Positions 36,151 through 49,037 of a stretch of 64,000 nt of DNA are shown one piece after another. The stretch comes from Azolla caroliniana (taxonomy: Eukaryota > Plantae > Polypodiophyta), in contig JBHGNT010000011.1 of NCBI GenBank assembly GCA_043228905.1, positions 21,266,001 to 21,330,000 of the forward strand, written 5' to 3'. The translations under genes and the position numbers were made by a program. Position 1 is the stretch's first letter, and each line of letters begins with the position of its first letter. The notes under the pieces are model-generated. The model was not told where the DNA came from. It worked only from the letters and a program-made list of their open reading frames with translations, and searched no databases.

Positions 36151-36827
36151 CGCTAAAAATATCTATCTATCTCTCGTGAATTAAATACAAGGATCTAAAT
36201 ACAGGGAACTACAAGTGCTCTAAACTCGATGGATCTAAATACCGGGAAGTTAGAACTACAAGAGGTCTAAAACTGGGAATTTAACCCCACAACACACACA
36301 TGACTCACCACTCACAAAGTAGACTTCACAACACCATATCCTTCCTTCATTATCATGAGAGCATGTACCAAAATGGCCGACTCCATCTTAGATACACATG
36401 GATCATGAGAGCGCGCACTCCTAATTTCATACAAATGGATCATGAGAACGTGCACTCCTGATTGCATACACACATGGATCATACCCCATGAACGTGTATA
36501 GTCCTAGGCCCCATATAACCTTTGCATACATTAAATGGTGGCCATGGTTGCAAGCTCTCTCTCTCTCTCTCTCTCTGGTTTATCCACCCATTCATGCAGG
36601 CCCACCTTAGAGAGGTGTTTTGGGTATTATTTTCCAAAGTTATAAAATGTAGAGAGAGAGAGTGTGTGTGTGTGGGTATGTATGAAAGAAACTACACAAA
36701 ACTTGAGCACAATTCTAACTCATGTTGAGCTTCATACACAAAAACTCGAGTCCAATTCTAAATCCAATTCATCGCGACCTCTCACAATTAGCTAAAGTTG
36801 GTGACGCATCAAATCAAGCAAGAAACC

Positions 36828-39800
36828 ATGGCTGCTGCTTCTTCTTCTTCCTCCTCTACTTTTGAGCCCCTTTTACCCTCAAATCACCAGAAGCAGAAAC
36901 AGAGCTACAATGGAAGAAGCAGCAGCAGAACATCCAGAATTAGCTCCGTTTCTTCAAAATTGAAGACCGCTGCTTTTTGCATTGCCTCACATCGTGAGAA
37001 CATCTCCATAGCTCTAGGCCCTCTGCTTTTCCTCATCCTCTACCTCTGCCTAGACATTGGGGAGGAAGGAGCAAGAGGGCAATGTGCTGCTATGGTAGGT
37101 TCAATGGCATGGATGTTCCTGTGGTGGGTCACAGAAGCTGTACCTTTACCCATCACTGCCCTGATACCGCTATTTCTCTTCCCTCTCCTTCAACTGGAGA
37201 CAGCCTTGGAAGTCTCTAAATCATATGCCACAGACACCACATTCCTCATACTGGGATCCTTCATTCTTGCCAGTGCAGTTAGGGTTCATAGCATTCACAA
37301 GATGTTTGCCCTTCGGATGCTGCTCTGGTGTAAGAAGGATCCGAGGTTGCTCCTATTCGGATTTGCTGCTGGATCCTCATTCATAAGTATGTGGGTGGAC
37401 AACGCGGCTGCGTGTGCCATGCTCATGCCCATGGTCCTGGTAGTGCAGCAGAAGGTGCACACGGGCTTCCACCAGTTCAACAATAATGAGGATAGGCATG
37501 ATGTGAATAATGACACTGCCCCATCATCCAATGGGGCTGTAGATGATGCCCCATTGGATGATACTGTGTTGTCCACCCCGGACCCGAATGGTTCGGAGGA
37601 GACCATATGGAATGCCACTGCAAATTCGCAACCCGAACAACATCAACAACAACAAGCAGAAGCATCGATCCATGTAGAACCGCACCTTTCGACCCCCCTC
37701 GACAGGAAGATGTCATTACACCTCGACAAACATCTCTCCACTGTCCTCAGCACACACATGGACTTCCGGCATGCTCTCGAAATGGAGCTCAATTTCTGCC
37801 GTGGTGCGGCCCTTTGTGTGGCCTACGGGGTCGTCATTGGCGGCATGGCCACAATCACTGGAAATGGAGCTAATATGGTCTTTGTTGGCTTGTGGGAGGT
37901 CACCTACCCTAACGAGAATGACATCTCTTTCTTGCAATGGATGCTCTTTGCCACTCCATTCGCGATCGTCCTCACCGTCATCATGTGGTTCATTGTCGTT
38001 CTCTTGTATTGCCCTCCATCTGCCATCAAACCTGTCTCCGCTTCTCTCCAATCTCTCCAGATGGAAGATGAGCTTGCCAAGATGGGTAAAGATGCATACA
38101 TCATCATGGTTCATACGTCTCTGTATGATCTTATTTATGTATGCATAAAATGTAAATGTCTGCCTGTGTGTACCTTATGTACATATGTATGAATGTATAT
38201 GCGGATGTATCCTTACATATCTAGTATTTATTGCCTAATACTGAATTATGTGCATACATGTATGTATGTATGTATGTATGTATGTATGTATGTATGTATG
38301 TATGATGCACATATGTGTGCAATATGTATTTAATATGTTCATATATGCATACATTCATGAATACATACATACATGTATGCACATCAATACAGATGTATGA
38401 ATGTAGGCATGCTGCATGTATTCATAAATGTTCAATTCTCGATATGGTCCAGTTGCAACATGGTCTTTGGTCTTATGATCATTTTCAACACTTTGTCTAA
38501 AGTTGCTTTAGTATATTTAACTGCACAGAGAACTATGAGTTAAGGGGAAAGAGAAGAAATAAACAATTAATTTCATGCAGGGCCTATTACATCTGATCAA
38601 GTGACTGTACTGGTCCTCTTCTCTGTAAGGGACCTTTCTCAAGTTGCATATATATATAATATATTTAACGCACTTATATGTGTATATGTACGTGGGAAAT
38701 GTGCGTATATGTAGCCTGTAGGTACATAAACCTATTTGTATGCGTGTGTGCATACATACATACATACATACATACATACATACATACATACATCATGTAT
38801 GTATGTATACCAACTGTAATGGACGCTTCATGTGGGTTCACTCGCCTATTATATAACATGCTAGGGCTTGTGTTGTTGCAGATCTTAATAGTGTTATGGA
38901 TGACAAAATCAATTGGTGGAGAAAGCCTCGGATGGTCAAGTCTCTTTAATAGTTATCCCGGAAATGGATCTATTACAGTAAGTTCTGATTAGGATTGAAA
39001 TTTTAATCTGTTAGTTTTTTTGGGAGGATGCAAAAGACGCCCAATTCACATCTGTGGTTGTGAAAGAAACATTAATCCTCATTGAATAAATCGACAGAGT
39101 AGAAAGCTATCCGATGTTATGGATATTCAAGGATGATGATATGGTTATTTGATTACCAAAATGTTGTGGATCTCGAGGATAAAGCACCCATGAATGAATG
39201 CTAAACCAAAATGTTATGGAACTAGATACTAATGTTATTAATGCCTACAATGGACCATGACAACCGTTAATGTGTGTGTTTCTGTACAGATCCTTATGGC
39301 AATCTTACTATTTGTGATTCCAAATCCAAGGAAACCGAAAGAGAAGCTCATGAGCTGGTCTCAATGCAAGGACATCCATTGGAATGTTATTCTTCTTGTG
39401 GGAGGAGGTTTGTTGTTAGTCTCTTCACAAATTCATAATGGCTCATGTTATATGTATATATATGTCTATGGATGTGTTTGTGTGTGGGCATATGGAGAAT
39501 TAGCATTATGTACAATGTAGAACAAACATGTTCATTAATTGGTCCTCGGTTCATGGCAGATCCATTGTGTAACCAACGAAAATGTGTGTGAGCTGTTATG
39601 TTCCTTAACATTTCTCTACTCTTTTGTGTAAAGCTCACATTATCTACTTACATTTTTGTTCATAATGGGGCCACACAAAAAAAAAACATCGGGCATAGGT
39701 TTCGCACTGGCGGATGGCATCAATGAAAGTGGTCTCGCAGATGTGTTATCCACGAGACTTTCATTTCTGGCCTCGACACCCTACTGGGCAATCACGCCGG

Positions 39801-40245
39801 CACTTGCAGTTATCGTAGGCATTATGACTGAGTTCACAACAAATGCGGCAACGGCATCTGTGTTCCTGCCTCTCATGGCAGAGCTCGCATCATCCATTGA
39901 CATGGACCCTCTTTTCCTCATGGTCGCAACCACGATAAGCTCTCAATTCTCCTATATATTGCCCACTGGCACCGCCACAAATGCCATGGCATTCACCATC
40001 GAATCTCTAGAGGTCAAACACATGGTTAAACCCGGGATCTTTCTCAAGCTCAGTGCCATCATTCTGCTCTCCATTCTTATGCCCACCCTCGGTTTGTGTT
40101 TTCTCTGCCCTTCCCTCTCATTTAGTTTCTCTCTCGGGAAATCATGTTAATTCGCGGCGTCTTTATTGACTTATGCTTTTTTTTCTTTTGCTTGTCGATA
40201 GGGGCATATGTCTTCAACACTACTACCTCCACAACCTCTGGGTGA
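36828..40245 (+). CDS. SLC13/DASS tonoplast dicarboxylate transporter-like, copy 1; exons 36828-38085, 38581-38624, 38882-38977, 39290-39407, 39699-40091, 40202-40245
   Basis: WWVTEAVPLPITAL, FLILGSFILA, SFISMW, ISFLQWM, WNVILLVGGGFALADG, TEFT.N and PLFLM; GT-AG introns with consistent phases. Confidence 0.92.
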
Positions 40246-41619
40246 TGCAAAAGCTCACACGAGGAGATCGGATTCTGATTCTTTACCTATCCATTATAAT
40301 TCTTTTCTTCCCATTTAACAAGCTCATTCAGAATTATTATTTGTTAATCATTTGAACATGACACATGGTTTATTATTTGATTGCTCGAAAGACAACTTCA
40401 GTTATACAGAAATAAAAACCCTACCAAAAAGAATTCATGTAGTTATGTTTCCCCCAAAGGGACCAACACATACTCTTTTAGATCGAAGTGTTTGTTTTGC
40501 ACTTGCGAGGGTCACTACCGATTCTTGAAGGCTACTTCCTACACATGAAAGAATGCTTCCACAATACCTTCGAGACCATGTCCGATCTCCGAAGTCATAC
40601 ATTTTAAGGCTAATTGTCATATATGCTTGGAAATTATGATTAGAAAATCTGCTCCGTGAACAAATTGAAGTGTGCATGGGTGGAAGATTTTTTGTTCCAT
40701 GGTGTGGTTGGAGGCAAACACTAAAAACTTTTGAAAAACGTGTGAAAACAAAAAGAACATCAATCCATGTGGTTCTTGTCGCTATTTCCCCTTTTCCACT
40801 TTCTCCTTTACCTTCTTTGTCATTTTCTCCGCTTTTCTTTTAATGCCTCCAACATTTATGCCTTTTCTTCAAACTATGTATTAACTAATAGAGACACTCT
40901 ACCACTATTTAGGAAACTCTTTGAATGCTCGTTACCATGCACCTGATTAATCAAATCTTAAGAAAACCTTGGTAAGGGAATAAGACATAGCTTTCTATAA
41001 CCTATATTGAAGGCAATACAAGTGCTTAAGAAGAATCCCTTGACCTTATTTTTGCCCATTCTTGGGTGCACTCATTTGTGGTGTGATGTGCATCTAGGGG
41101 AGAGTCACTCGCAATCCACTAAATCAAGTTCAAGGGACGACATAGGGAGGGTAATATAGGGATGCTAAGTCATAGTCCACTTTATCTAATTCAAAGGGCA
41201 ACATAGAAGAGGGGGATATCGGATTGGAAGTGATGTCCTTAGGCATGGAGATGGATTGAACCATATGAATGTTAGAGTGGGTTGACAACTAAATATTAGA
41301 AGGGAAGGTCGGACTTGGGTGGTGTGGTATACTTCAAGGGATGAAGATTATACGAAAGTGACAGGTGAGATGAGGTGGAGGTTGGAGTGGTGGATAAGGC
41401 CTTGGGCATGTAACACTCGGTGTTAGTGGTGAACGTGTAACTATGAATGATTGAGTATACCACTTGAAGTTGAAATATGAGACCTTTACGAAGTTCAAGG
41501 TGTGGTTGGTAGTCATGAATATTGAGACCGTTCTTTGGTGAAACAATGGGATGGAGTACAATTATAATGAACTCTAGATTTTTATGAAGAAGGAAGAATC
41601 CAATGAGAATGGGCGGCCT

Positions 41620-41940
41620 TGTACACTTCAACGTAGAATGGTGTTGTTGAGTGAATGAATCAAACAATGCAAGATCAAAATTGCAAGTTTTAGGTTGAAT
41701 ACTTCTTGATGGTTGTCCATATTATCAACTTCTTAGGCCAAGTGTTTTGAATGTAGCATTGAGCTCAAGATCAAAAGAAGTGTTGGATTATGACCACCTA
41801 TAAGCATTTCGTTGTGAAGGGACTGCCCATGTGCTTAGGGAGTTACACTAAAGATTGTATCCAAAGTTGAAGAAAATGTGTTTTTGTTGGATATAACCTT
41901 GATCCAAAGAATGGTATCATATGTGGGATCCTCTAAGGTT
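41620..41940 (+). mobile_element. Decayed copia integrase C-terminal remnant
   Basis: DYDHL.AF.CE..AHV...LYPK..KCVFVGY...GY..WDP pattern with frameshifts. Confidence 0.55.
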
Positions 41941-42794
41941 TGGGTGCCCTACCTTTTGGTCCTCATTTTCTCCCTTTTACATTCACTAAGAGATACTTTT
42001 CACGTATAACTTTTCCTCGAAATCAATTGAGATATACATACGTCTTATTTAGTAATTATCTATTTAATTTAGACACCTTATATGTTTTTTATATAGACAT
42101 TACTTATTTAATTAAGATTAATATATATTTTTAATTACTGCAATGATTAGATGGATGTTAATTTTTAATTAACTCAAGAGGTTTCAATGGTTGCATGGAG
42201 TGGAGAGCTAAGTGCGTTTATGTGTTGGTTGATATATGAAGTGATCTTTGCCATTGGGGAGTGAAATCTAGGGGCCGGCATGTCAAATTTGGAGAAGGAT
42301 TGGATCACCAAGAATGAGAGGTCGCAGTAGCCTCAGGGCTCGTGGTTTGAGTGGTGGGAGGCAAGGGATTCTTGGATGTCCAATGGTCTACAGAGAGAGA
42401 GTCGTGGAGGTGGGACTTGGACTTGAATTTGGACTCATCCATTGGTAAGGGTGAGCCGGTGGGAGTTATGAGGAGGAGAAGGAGAGGAGGAAGTGGTAAT
42501 GGTGTTTTTTGGGTTTCTTCACACCTCTAAAACTTTTTTGTCCCAAACCAAATACCAAACTGGTTTAGGGATCGGTTTGGTTTGGTTTGGTTTGGTTCAG
42601 GTTTGAGAACCCCAAACGGTTTAGGCCAAACCGGTTAAGCTAAACTGAACCGTTGTCGATTCTTAGTGAAATCCCATAATCCTTTGATTAACCCACCAAG
42701 AGGAAGGCGACCTCTCCTGACTTGGTAATGGTCCTTGGAAGTGCAACACTCCAAGGTATAAGTCATGTATCACCCATTAGAAAAACTTGATCCA

Positions 42795-43315
42795 ACCATA
42801 AAGTGAAATATAACGTGTTAACTAGGATTCATAAATAATCCTTAAATCGTTGTAGTACTTAAATATGAGGACCATGATCGTTAGTCAATTATGCAACAAT
42901 TATGTGTTTAAAGTTGAACACTAGGATAATGACCCTCTAACCATCTATAAATAGGGGGCAATGTTTGAAATAGGAAAAATCGTTAGGTAGGCAATATTTT
43001 ACTATGCGTAGGGTATACAACATAATGTATATCACACTATAATGTAAATATGATACAATAACTATGAAAAACTCTATTTTTGGCTATTCAATAGGTGTGT
43101 ACGTGGCCCAAAGGCCATAAAGTGTAATTAACATCATTTGTAAAATAGGAATAATAAATATTCCTTAAGGAGTACTTGAATAAGATGACAATGATCATTA
43201 AGAAATTGTCCAGCATTGATGTATTTAAAGTTGAATGACACGATAATGACCCCCCGTCAATGTATGAAAGTAGGGGGTGACATGTAAAATAGGAAAACCT
43301 TCAAGTAGACAATTC
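42795..43315. repeat. Two diverged ~200-bp direct repeats, ~320 bp period
   Basis: CCATAAAGTG...TTTAAAGTTGAA...GATAATGACCC...TAGGGGG...AATAGGAAAA occurs twice. Confidence 0.7.
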
Positions 43316-44244
43316 ACGAATCACGCCTCGTAGTGATTGTTTTTGTGTTGGAATGTTTTGTAATTAAAAGTCCGTAGCTACATAGGTGTTTTGGAAATTT
43401 ATGTAACACAATTTTATAAGAATTAAAGGCTTTAGACATTCCACTCTTGAAAGTGAGGATTTTATAAAAAGGTAGGGATGAAACAAATGGAATTTGGTTG
43501 GGAGGATGTCGTAGAAGAGAAGACATGTTGGGTGGGTGGAAGCCTAGTGCTAGAGGTGTCAGGTTCTAGTTGAAGGGAAGAGAGAAAGGATGGAAGAATG
43601 AACGGGCTCATCTCAAAAGCTTGAGACAAGGGAAGCTAAGACGAGACAAGAAGTGATCGCACAAACGGTGAACAAGAAAGGGTAAAGAAAAGGGATATGT
43701 GATCTACAAATTGCACTCAAACATTGAACAAACGACGGACCTAAATCATGTGGTAGGCGAAAGAATAATCGATGAGCATGTCGAGTTTGTGCTCCAGGAG
43801 GTTTCTCAAAAGCACAAAGAGGAGTTCTATAACGTTATACTTTATCTCATCAACCATAGAATGAAGCATACGTACCATTCATGCATTCGCATTTGCAAAC
43901 ATTCCTATCATTTGTGTATGAAAAACACCCTTGAAGTATGATAAATACCATACTTTTGCAGTCATTATTTATTACAAGGTTTAAAAAAAAAATTTAAGGT
44001 AAGAAACTTACGGTAAAAAGTGTAAAAAAAAAACACAAGAATGTTTTAATAACATACGCATTCGTCTGCGAACGTATGAAAAAGGATGTTTGGGCTAACG
44101 AACACGAATATTACGTACTATGGGTTCAACCCCTACATTGCGAAGGTAGAATTTGTAGGGCCTTCTAAATAGAGAAGAAATCAAGACAAAAATTTGGTGG
44201 GTCAAGAGATGTGTTTGAGAGAGCAAGACTTAAGAGTGCCTAGA

Positions 44245-44320
44245 TCGATGTCGCTGAGTTGGTAAGGTTGCCCAACGGAGATCAGATGGCCATGGGTTCA
44301 ACCCTTACATTCCACATTCA
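44245..44320 (+). mobile_element. Possible tRNA-derived SINE head
   Basis: A-box-like TCGCTGAGTTGG and B-box-like GGTTCAACCC at tRNA-like spacing; no full cloverleaf. Confidence 0.4.
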
Positions 44321-44384
44321 GTTGCATCTAGTGAAATAACAAATATCCATGGAGTAATAGAAAGATATATTAACGTATTCTAAG

Positions 44385-44763
44385 GCCAAATTTGGCCCAT
44401 GAGACAAATGGTTTACAAAAAAATGGGATATTTACCCATTCATCGAAACTAAAAATAAAAATAAGATAAAAATAGAGTTTAAGCTAAATAGTTTTAAGAA
44501 AATAACAAAATTGTTCTATATAAATAACATGTTCTAGAATGAAAATGATGTTAAACTAGGCCTAATTTCATTTCCATCCAAGTCCAAAATTGGCCCATGA
44601 GACAAATGGTTTACAAAAAAATGGGATATTTACCCATTCATCGAAAGTAAAAATAAAAATAAGATAAAAATAGACTTTAAGCTAAATAGTTTTAAGAAAA
44701 TAACAAAACTGTTCTATATAAATAACATGTTAAACTAGGCCTAATTTCATTTCCATCCAAGTC
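44385..44763. repeat. Recent ~198-bp tandem duplication
   Basis: TGGCCCATGAGACAAATGG...CATTTCCATCCAAGTC twice, near-identical apart from one short deletion. Confidence 0.9.
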
Positions 44764-45512
44764 TCTTGAAGAGAAGCGAGAGGTCAAAGGGTTGTGATGT
44801 GGATGTGGCCCGTGGTCCCAATGTAAAAGATACCCCAACCATAGCTTCTAGTCGATGTAGCTCACGTTCCCTTATCTTCTTAATCTTTTCTACTCCACGT
44901 TGACTTGTTTTGAAGCCCAACACGAGGGCGTTTGATTGTTCTTTGCATTTCTGTTTCCTCAAGGGAGATGCCCGAGCGGCGTAAGTGTATCCACATTCAT
45001 CGTCTCCCCTTGTTCCTGAAAAATTACACTAGTTACATGTTAATGAATAGTAAAAGGGTTATGGTTAATTAACACTTTGTAATTTATTCTCCCTATATTG
45101 TTTTAGTTCTAAGAGAAGTGAGGAAATTGGGTTTCGAGCCCAAGATGTAGTGCGGGGTACCCCCTACAATAAGAAAAGAGATCAAGAGAGAGAATTGGGC
45201 TCCAAATATGTCCGGAAGAGAGAGAATCGGGCTCCAAATATGTCCTGCTCTATAGATGTTTATAATATCTAATGTGGCCGATTGAAGGCCATTTTTTGCC
45301 ATCTTTGGTTGACCCCCGCGCTATTCTGGCTGCTATATACATATGTATGTACATATATATATATATATATAATATACATATACATACATTATTACATATA
45401 TATGTATGTATGTATATGTTATATCATGGATATATTATATATATAAGAGACGTAGATCAACGAATACTCATCTCTCATCGATGCTCCCCTGTCTCTGCTG
45501 CAAATCGTAACC

Positions 45513-48500
45513 ATGGCTATGGCTATGGCTTCTTCTTCTTCTTCTTCTTCTTCTTCTTCTTCTTCTTCTTCTTCTGCCGAGCCTCTTTTGCCCTCCTCAC
45601 ATCGCCACAACCAGAAGCAGACCTTCGACGGGAGAACCAGAATTAGCTCCGTTTCTTCCAAGTTGAAGGCTGCGGCTTCTTGCATTGCCTCACATCGTGA
45701 GAACATCTCCATAGCTCTAGGACCCCTGCTCTTCCTCGTCCTCTACCTCTTTCTTGACATCGGGGAAGAAGGAGCGAGAGGGAAATGTGCAGCTATGGTG
45801 GCTTCAATGGCATGGATGTTCCTATGGTGGGTCACTGAAGCGGTACCCTTAGCCATCACTGCCCTATTGCCGCTATTTCTCTTCCCTCTCCTTCAGCTCG
45901 AAACAGCTTTGACTGTCTCTAAATCCTACACAAGTGATACCATCTTCCTCATACTCGGCTCTTTCATTCTTGCCAGCGCAGTTAGGTTTCACAATATTCA
46001 CAAGAGGTTTGCCCTGCAGATGGTGCTCTTGTTTAAGGACGATCCGAGATTGCTCCTATTCGGATTTGCGGCGGGCTCTTCATTCATTAGTATGTGGGTG
46101 GACAATGCTGCTGCGTGTGCGATGCTTATGCCCATGGTCCTGGCAGTGCAACAGAAGGTACACACGGGTTTCCACCAGTTTAATGATGATGATGATGATG
46201 ATGATGATGAGCATGTTGTCAGTGGCATTCAAGGTGAAGATATCGATGATATAGATAGATGTCCACCCTCTGATCCTGTGTTGGTGCCAGATCCTGTATT
46301 GGATACCATCATTGCCACAAATTCCCCCGTTGAACGTACCACAAAAGCTTCGATCCACTTCGATCGCACCCTTTCGAACCTTGATAAGGAGACATCATTG
46401 CACCTCGAGAAACATCTTTCCACCGTCCATAGCACACAGATGGACCCTCAGCGTGCATTCGAGATTGAGATGAACTTCTGCCGCGGCACTGCCCTCTGCG
46501 TGGCCTACGGAGTCACCATTGGAGGCATGGCTACCATCACTGGAAATGCTGCCAATATGGTCTTTGTTGGTTTGTGGGAGGTCACATTCCCAGATGAGAA
46601 TGATATCTCGTTCCTGCAATGGATGCTCTTTGCCACACCTTTTGCACTTGTCCTTACTCTCATCATGTGGATCATTGTTGTTATATTCTATTGCCCTCCA
46701 TCTGCCATCAAACCTGTCTCTGCTTCTCTCCAATCTCTCCACATGGAAGATGAGCTTGCAAAAATCGGTAGCGAAGCGTAGATCATGATACATATGCCTC
46801 TGTTATTTTATGTATGCAAATGTATATCTTTGTGTGTGTACTTATGCATGTATGTGTATTTGCGTATGCATGGATGTATGCATACATACCTAGCACGACC
46901 CGTCTTGACTAAGCATGATTTTTTGGATCACCCCGTCTGCTTTTATCATGTATACATTCATTGGCATATTTTTGCAATATGTAATATATGCATACATTCA
47001 TAGATGCACACATGTAGGCACATAAATACGTACATACATATGTATGAATACATGCATGCATGTAATATATTGAATAATATGTCTATGAATGCTCAATCCT
47101 CAATATTTATTTCAGGCATGGGGTGGGGTGGTAGCCATATTGATCTTATAATCTTTTTCAACCCTTGATCTGATGCTGCTTTAGTCTATTGAACTATGAG
47201 TTAAGAGGAAAGAAAAGATAAAGAAAACAATTGATTTCATGCAGGGCCTATTACTTCTGATCAAGTGGCTATATTGGTCCTCTTCTTTGTAAGGAACTTT
47301 TCTCAAACTGCATACGTATAGACAACATTTTGTATACATGTATATGGACACAGGCAATACATATATGTGTTTATGTAAGTCTTCATACAAATGTGTATAT
47401 TTATATGTATACAAATAGGTACAGATACATATGTGCGTGTGTACTTGTGTACACCAACATTATTGAAATCTTAAGGTGGGTTCACTGGCCTATATAATAT
47501 GTCGGTTCTTTTGTTGCAGGTCTTAATAGTTCTTTGGATGACAAAATCTTTAGGTGGCGGAAGCTTTGGATGGTCAAGTCTCTTTAATGATTATCCCGGA
47601 AATGGATCGATTACTGTAAGTTGTGATTGGAATTCGATTATAATTAATTGTTTTGTTTTATCTGAGGATGCAAAGACATCCAATTCACATCCTTGATTGT
47701 GAAAAATACATAAATCCTCATTGTATAAGTTGACATATAGAATGCCATCCAAGGTTATGGATATTCAAGAATGATGATTCAGAGATGCATGCACCTGTTC
47801 ATAAATACCTAGTTATTATGGATCTCGAGGATAAAACAGCCATGAATGCTAAACCAGAATGTTAACAAACTGGACATCAATGTTATCAATGTCAGGAATG
47901 AACCATGACAACAGTTGATGTGTTTGTTTGGATCTCGAGGATAAAGCATTCATGAATGCTAAACCAAAATGTTATGAGACCCTGCATCAATGTTATGAAT
48001 GTCAAGCATGAAGCTTGACAACCATATATATGTTCGTTTGTTGTACAGATCCTCATGGCAGTCTTGCTATTTGTGATTCCAAATCCAAGGAATCCAAAAG
48101 AGAAGCTCATGAACTGGTCCCAGTGCAGGGACATCCATTGGAATGTTGTTCTCCTTGTGGGAGGAGGTTAGTTCATCTCTTCATGAATGCATCATCATAC
48201 CTCATGGTCTTCCTATATGGAGGTTAGTTAATCTCTTCACGAATGCATCATATCTCTTGAGTTTTATATGTTTATGACATGTATGTTTAGATGCACGCAT
48301 ATGGAGATACTAGTATTATGTGCATACATGTATAACAAGTGTATTTTTACTAATTGGTCCTAAGGTGGTTTAAAGCATTTTTTGGTTTGTAACAAAAGAA
48401 AAATGCATAGTGTTCACGTGGATGTTCCACTATATTTTTCTACTTTTTTGTGCAATGCTCACGTTACTACTTTCTCTTTCGATTCACAATCGGGCCACGA

Positions 48501-49037
48501 AACATTGTGTAGGATTTGCACTGGCTGATGGCATCAATGAAAGCGGCCTTGCAGATGTCTTATCAGCGAAACTCGCCTTTCTGGCCTCAACGCCCTACTG
48601 GGCAATAACACCAGCGCTGGCAGTTATCATAGGCATCGTAACCGAGTTCACGTCGAATGCGGCTGCGGCATCCGTGTTTGTGCCTCTCTTGGCAGAGCTT
48701 GCATTGTCCATGGACATGGACCCTCTTTTCCTCATGGTCTCGGCAACAATGAGCTCTCAATTCTCTTTCATGTTTCCCACTGGCACCGTGGCGAATGCCA
48801 TGGCATTCGCCCTCGAATCTCTAGCTGTCCAACACATGGCTAAACCTGGCTTCTTTCTCAAGATCCTTGCAATCATTTTGCTTTCCATTCTTATGCCAAC
48901 CCTCGGTTCGTGTTTTCCCATTCTTCCTTCTTGTATTGTTTTTCTTTTCTAACCACAGATCGTTTTGTCGTCTGATCTACTTTTGCTTTTTAATAGGTGC
49001 ACTTGTCTTCAACACTAATTCAACAACATCCGTGTGA
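45513..49037 (+). CDS. SLC13/DASS tonoplast dicarboxylate transporter-like, copy 2; exons 45513-46767, 47245-47288, 47520-47615, 48049-48166, 48513-48905, 48997-49037
   Basis: Same motifs and same internal exon lengths (44, 96, 118, 393) as copy 1; GT-AG introns. Confidence 0.92.

Noticed and set aside
38250-38810. ORFs in (TATG)n tracts
   Set aside because: Intronic microsatellite artefacts
42540-42666. GGTTT-rich block (also 61240-61450) as telomeric repeat
   Set aside because: Not TTTAGGG; more like a MITE subterminal region, with no boundaries definable
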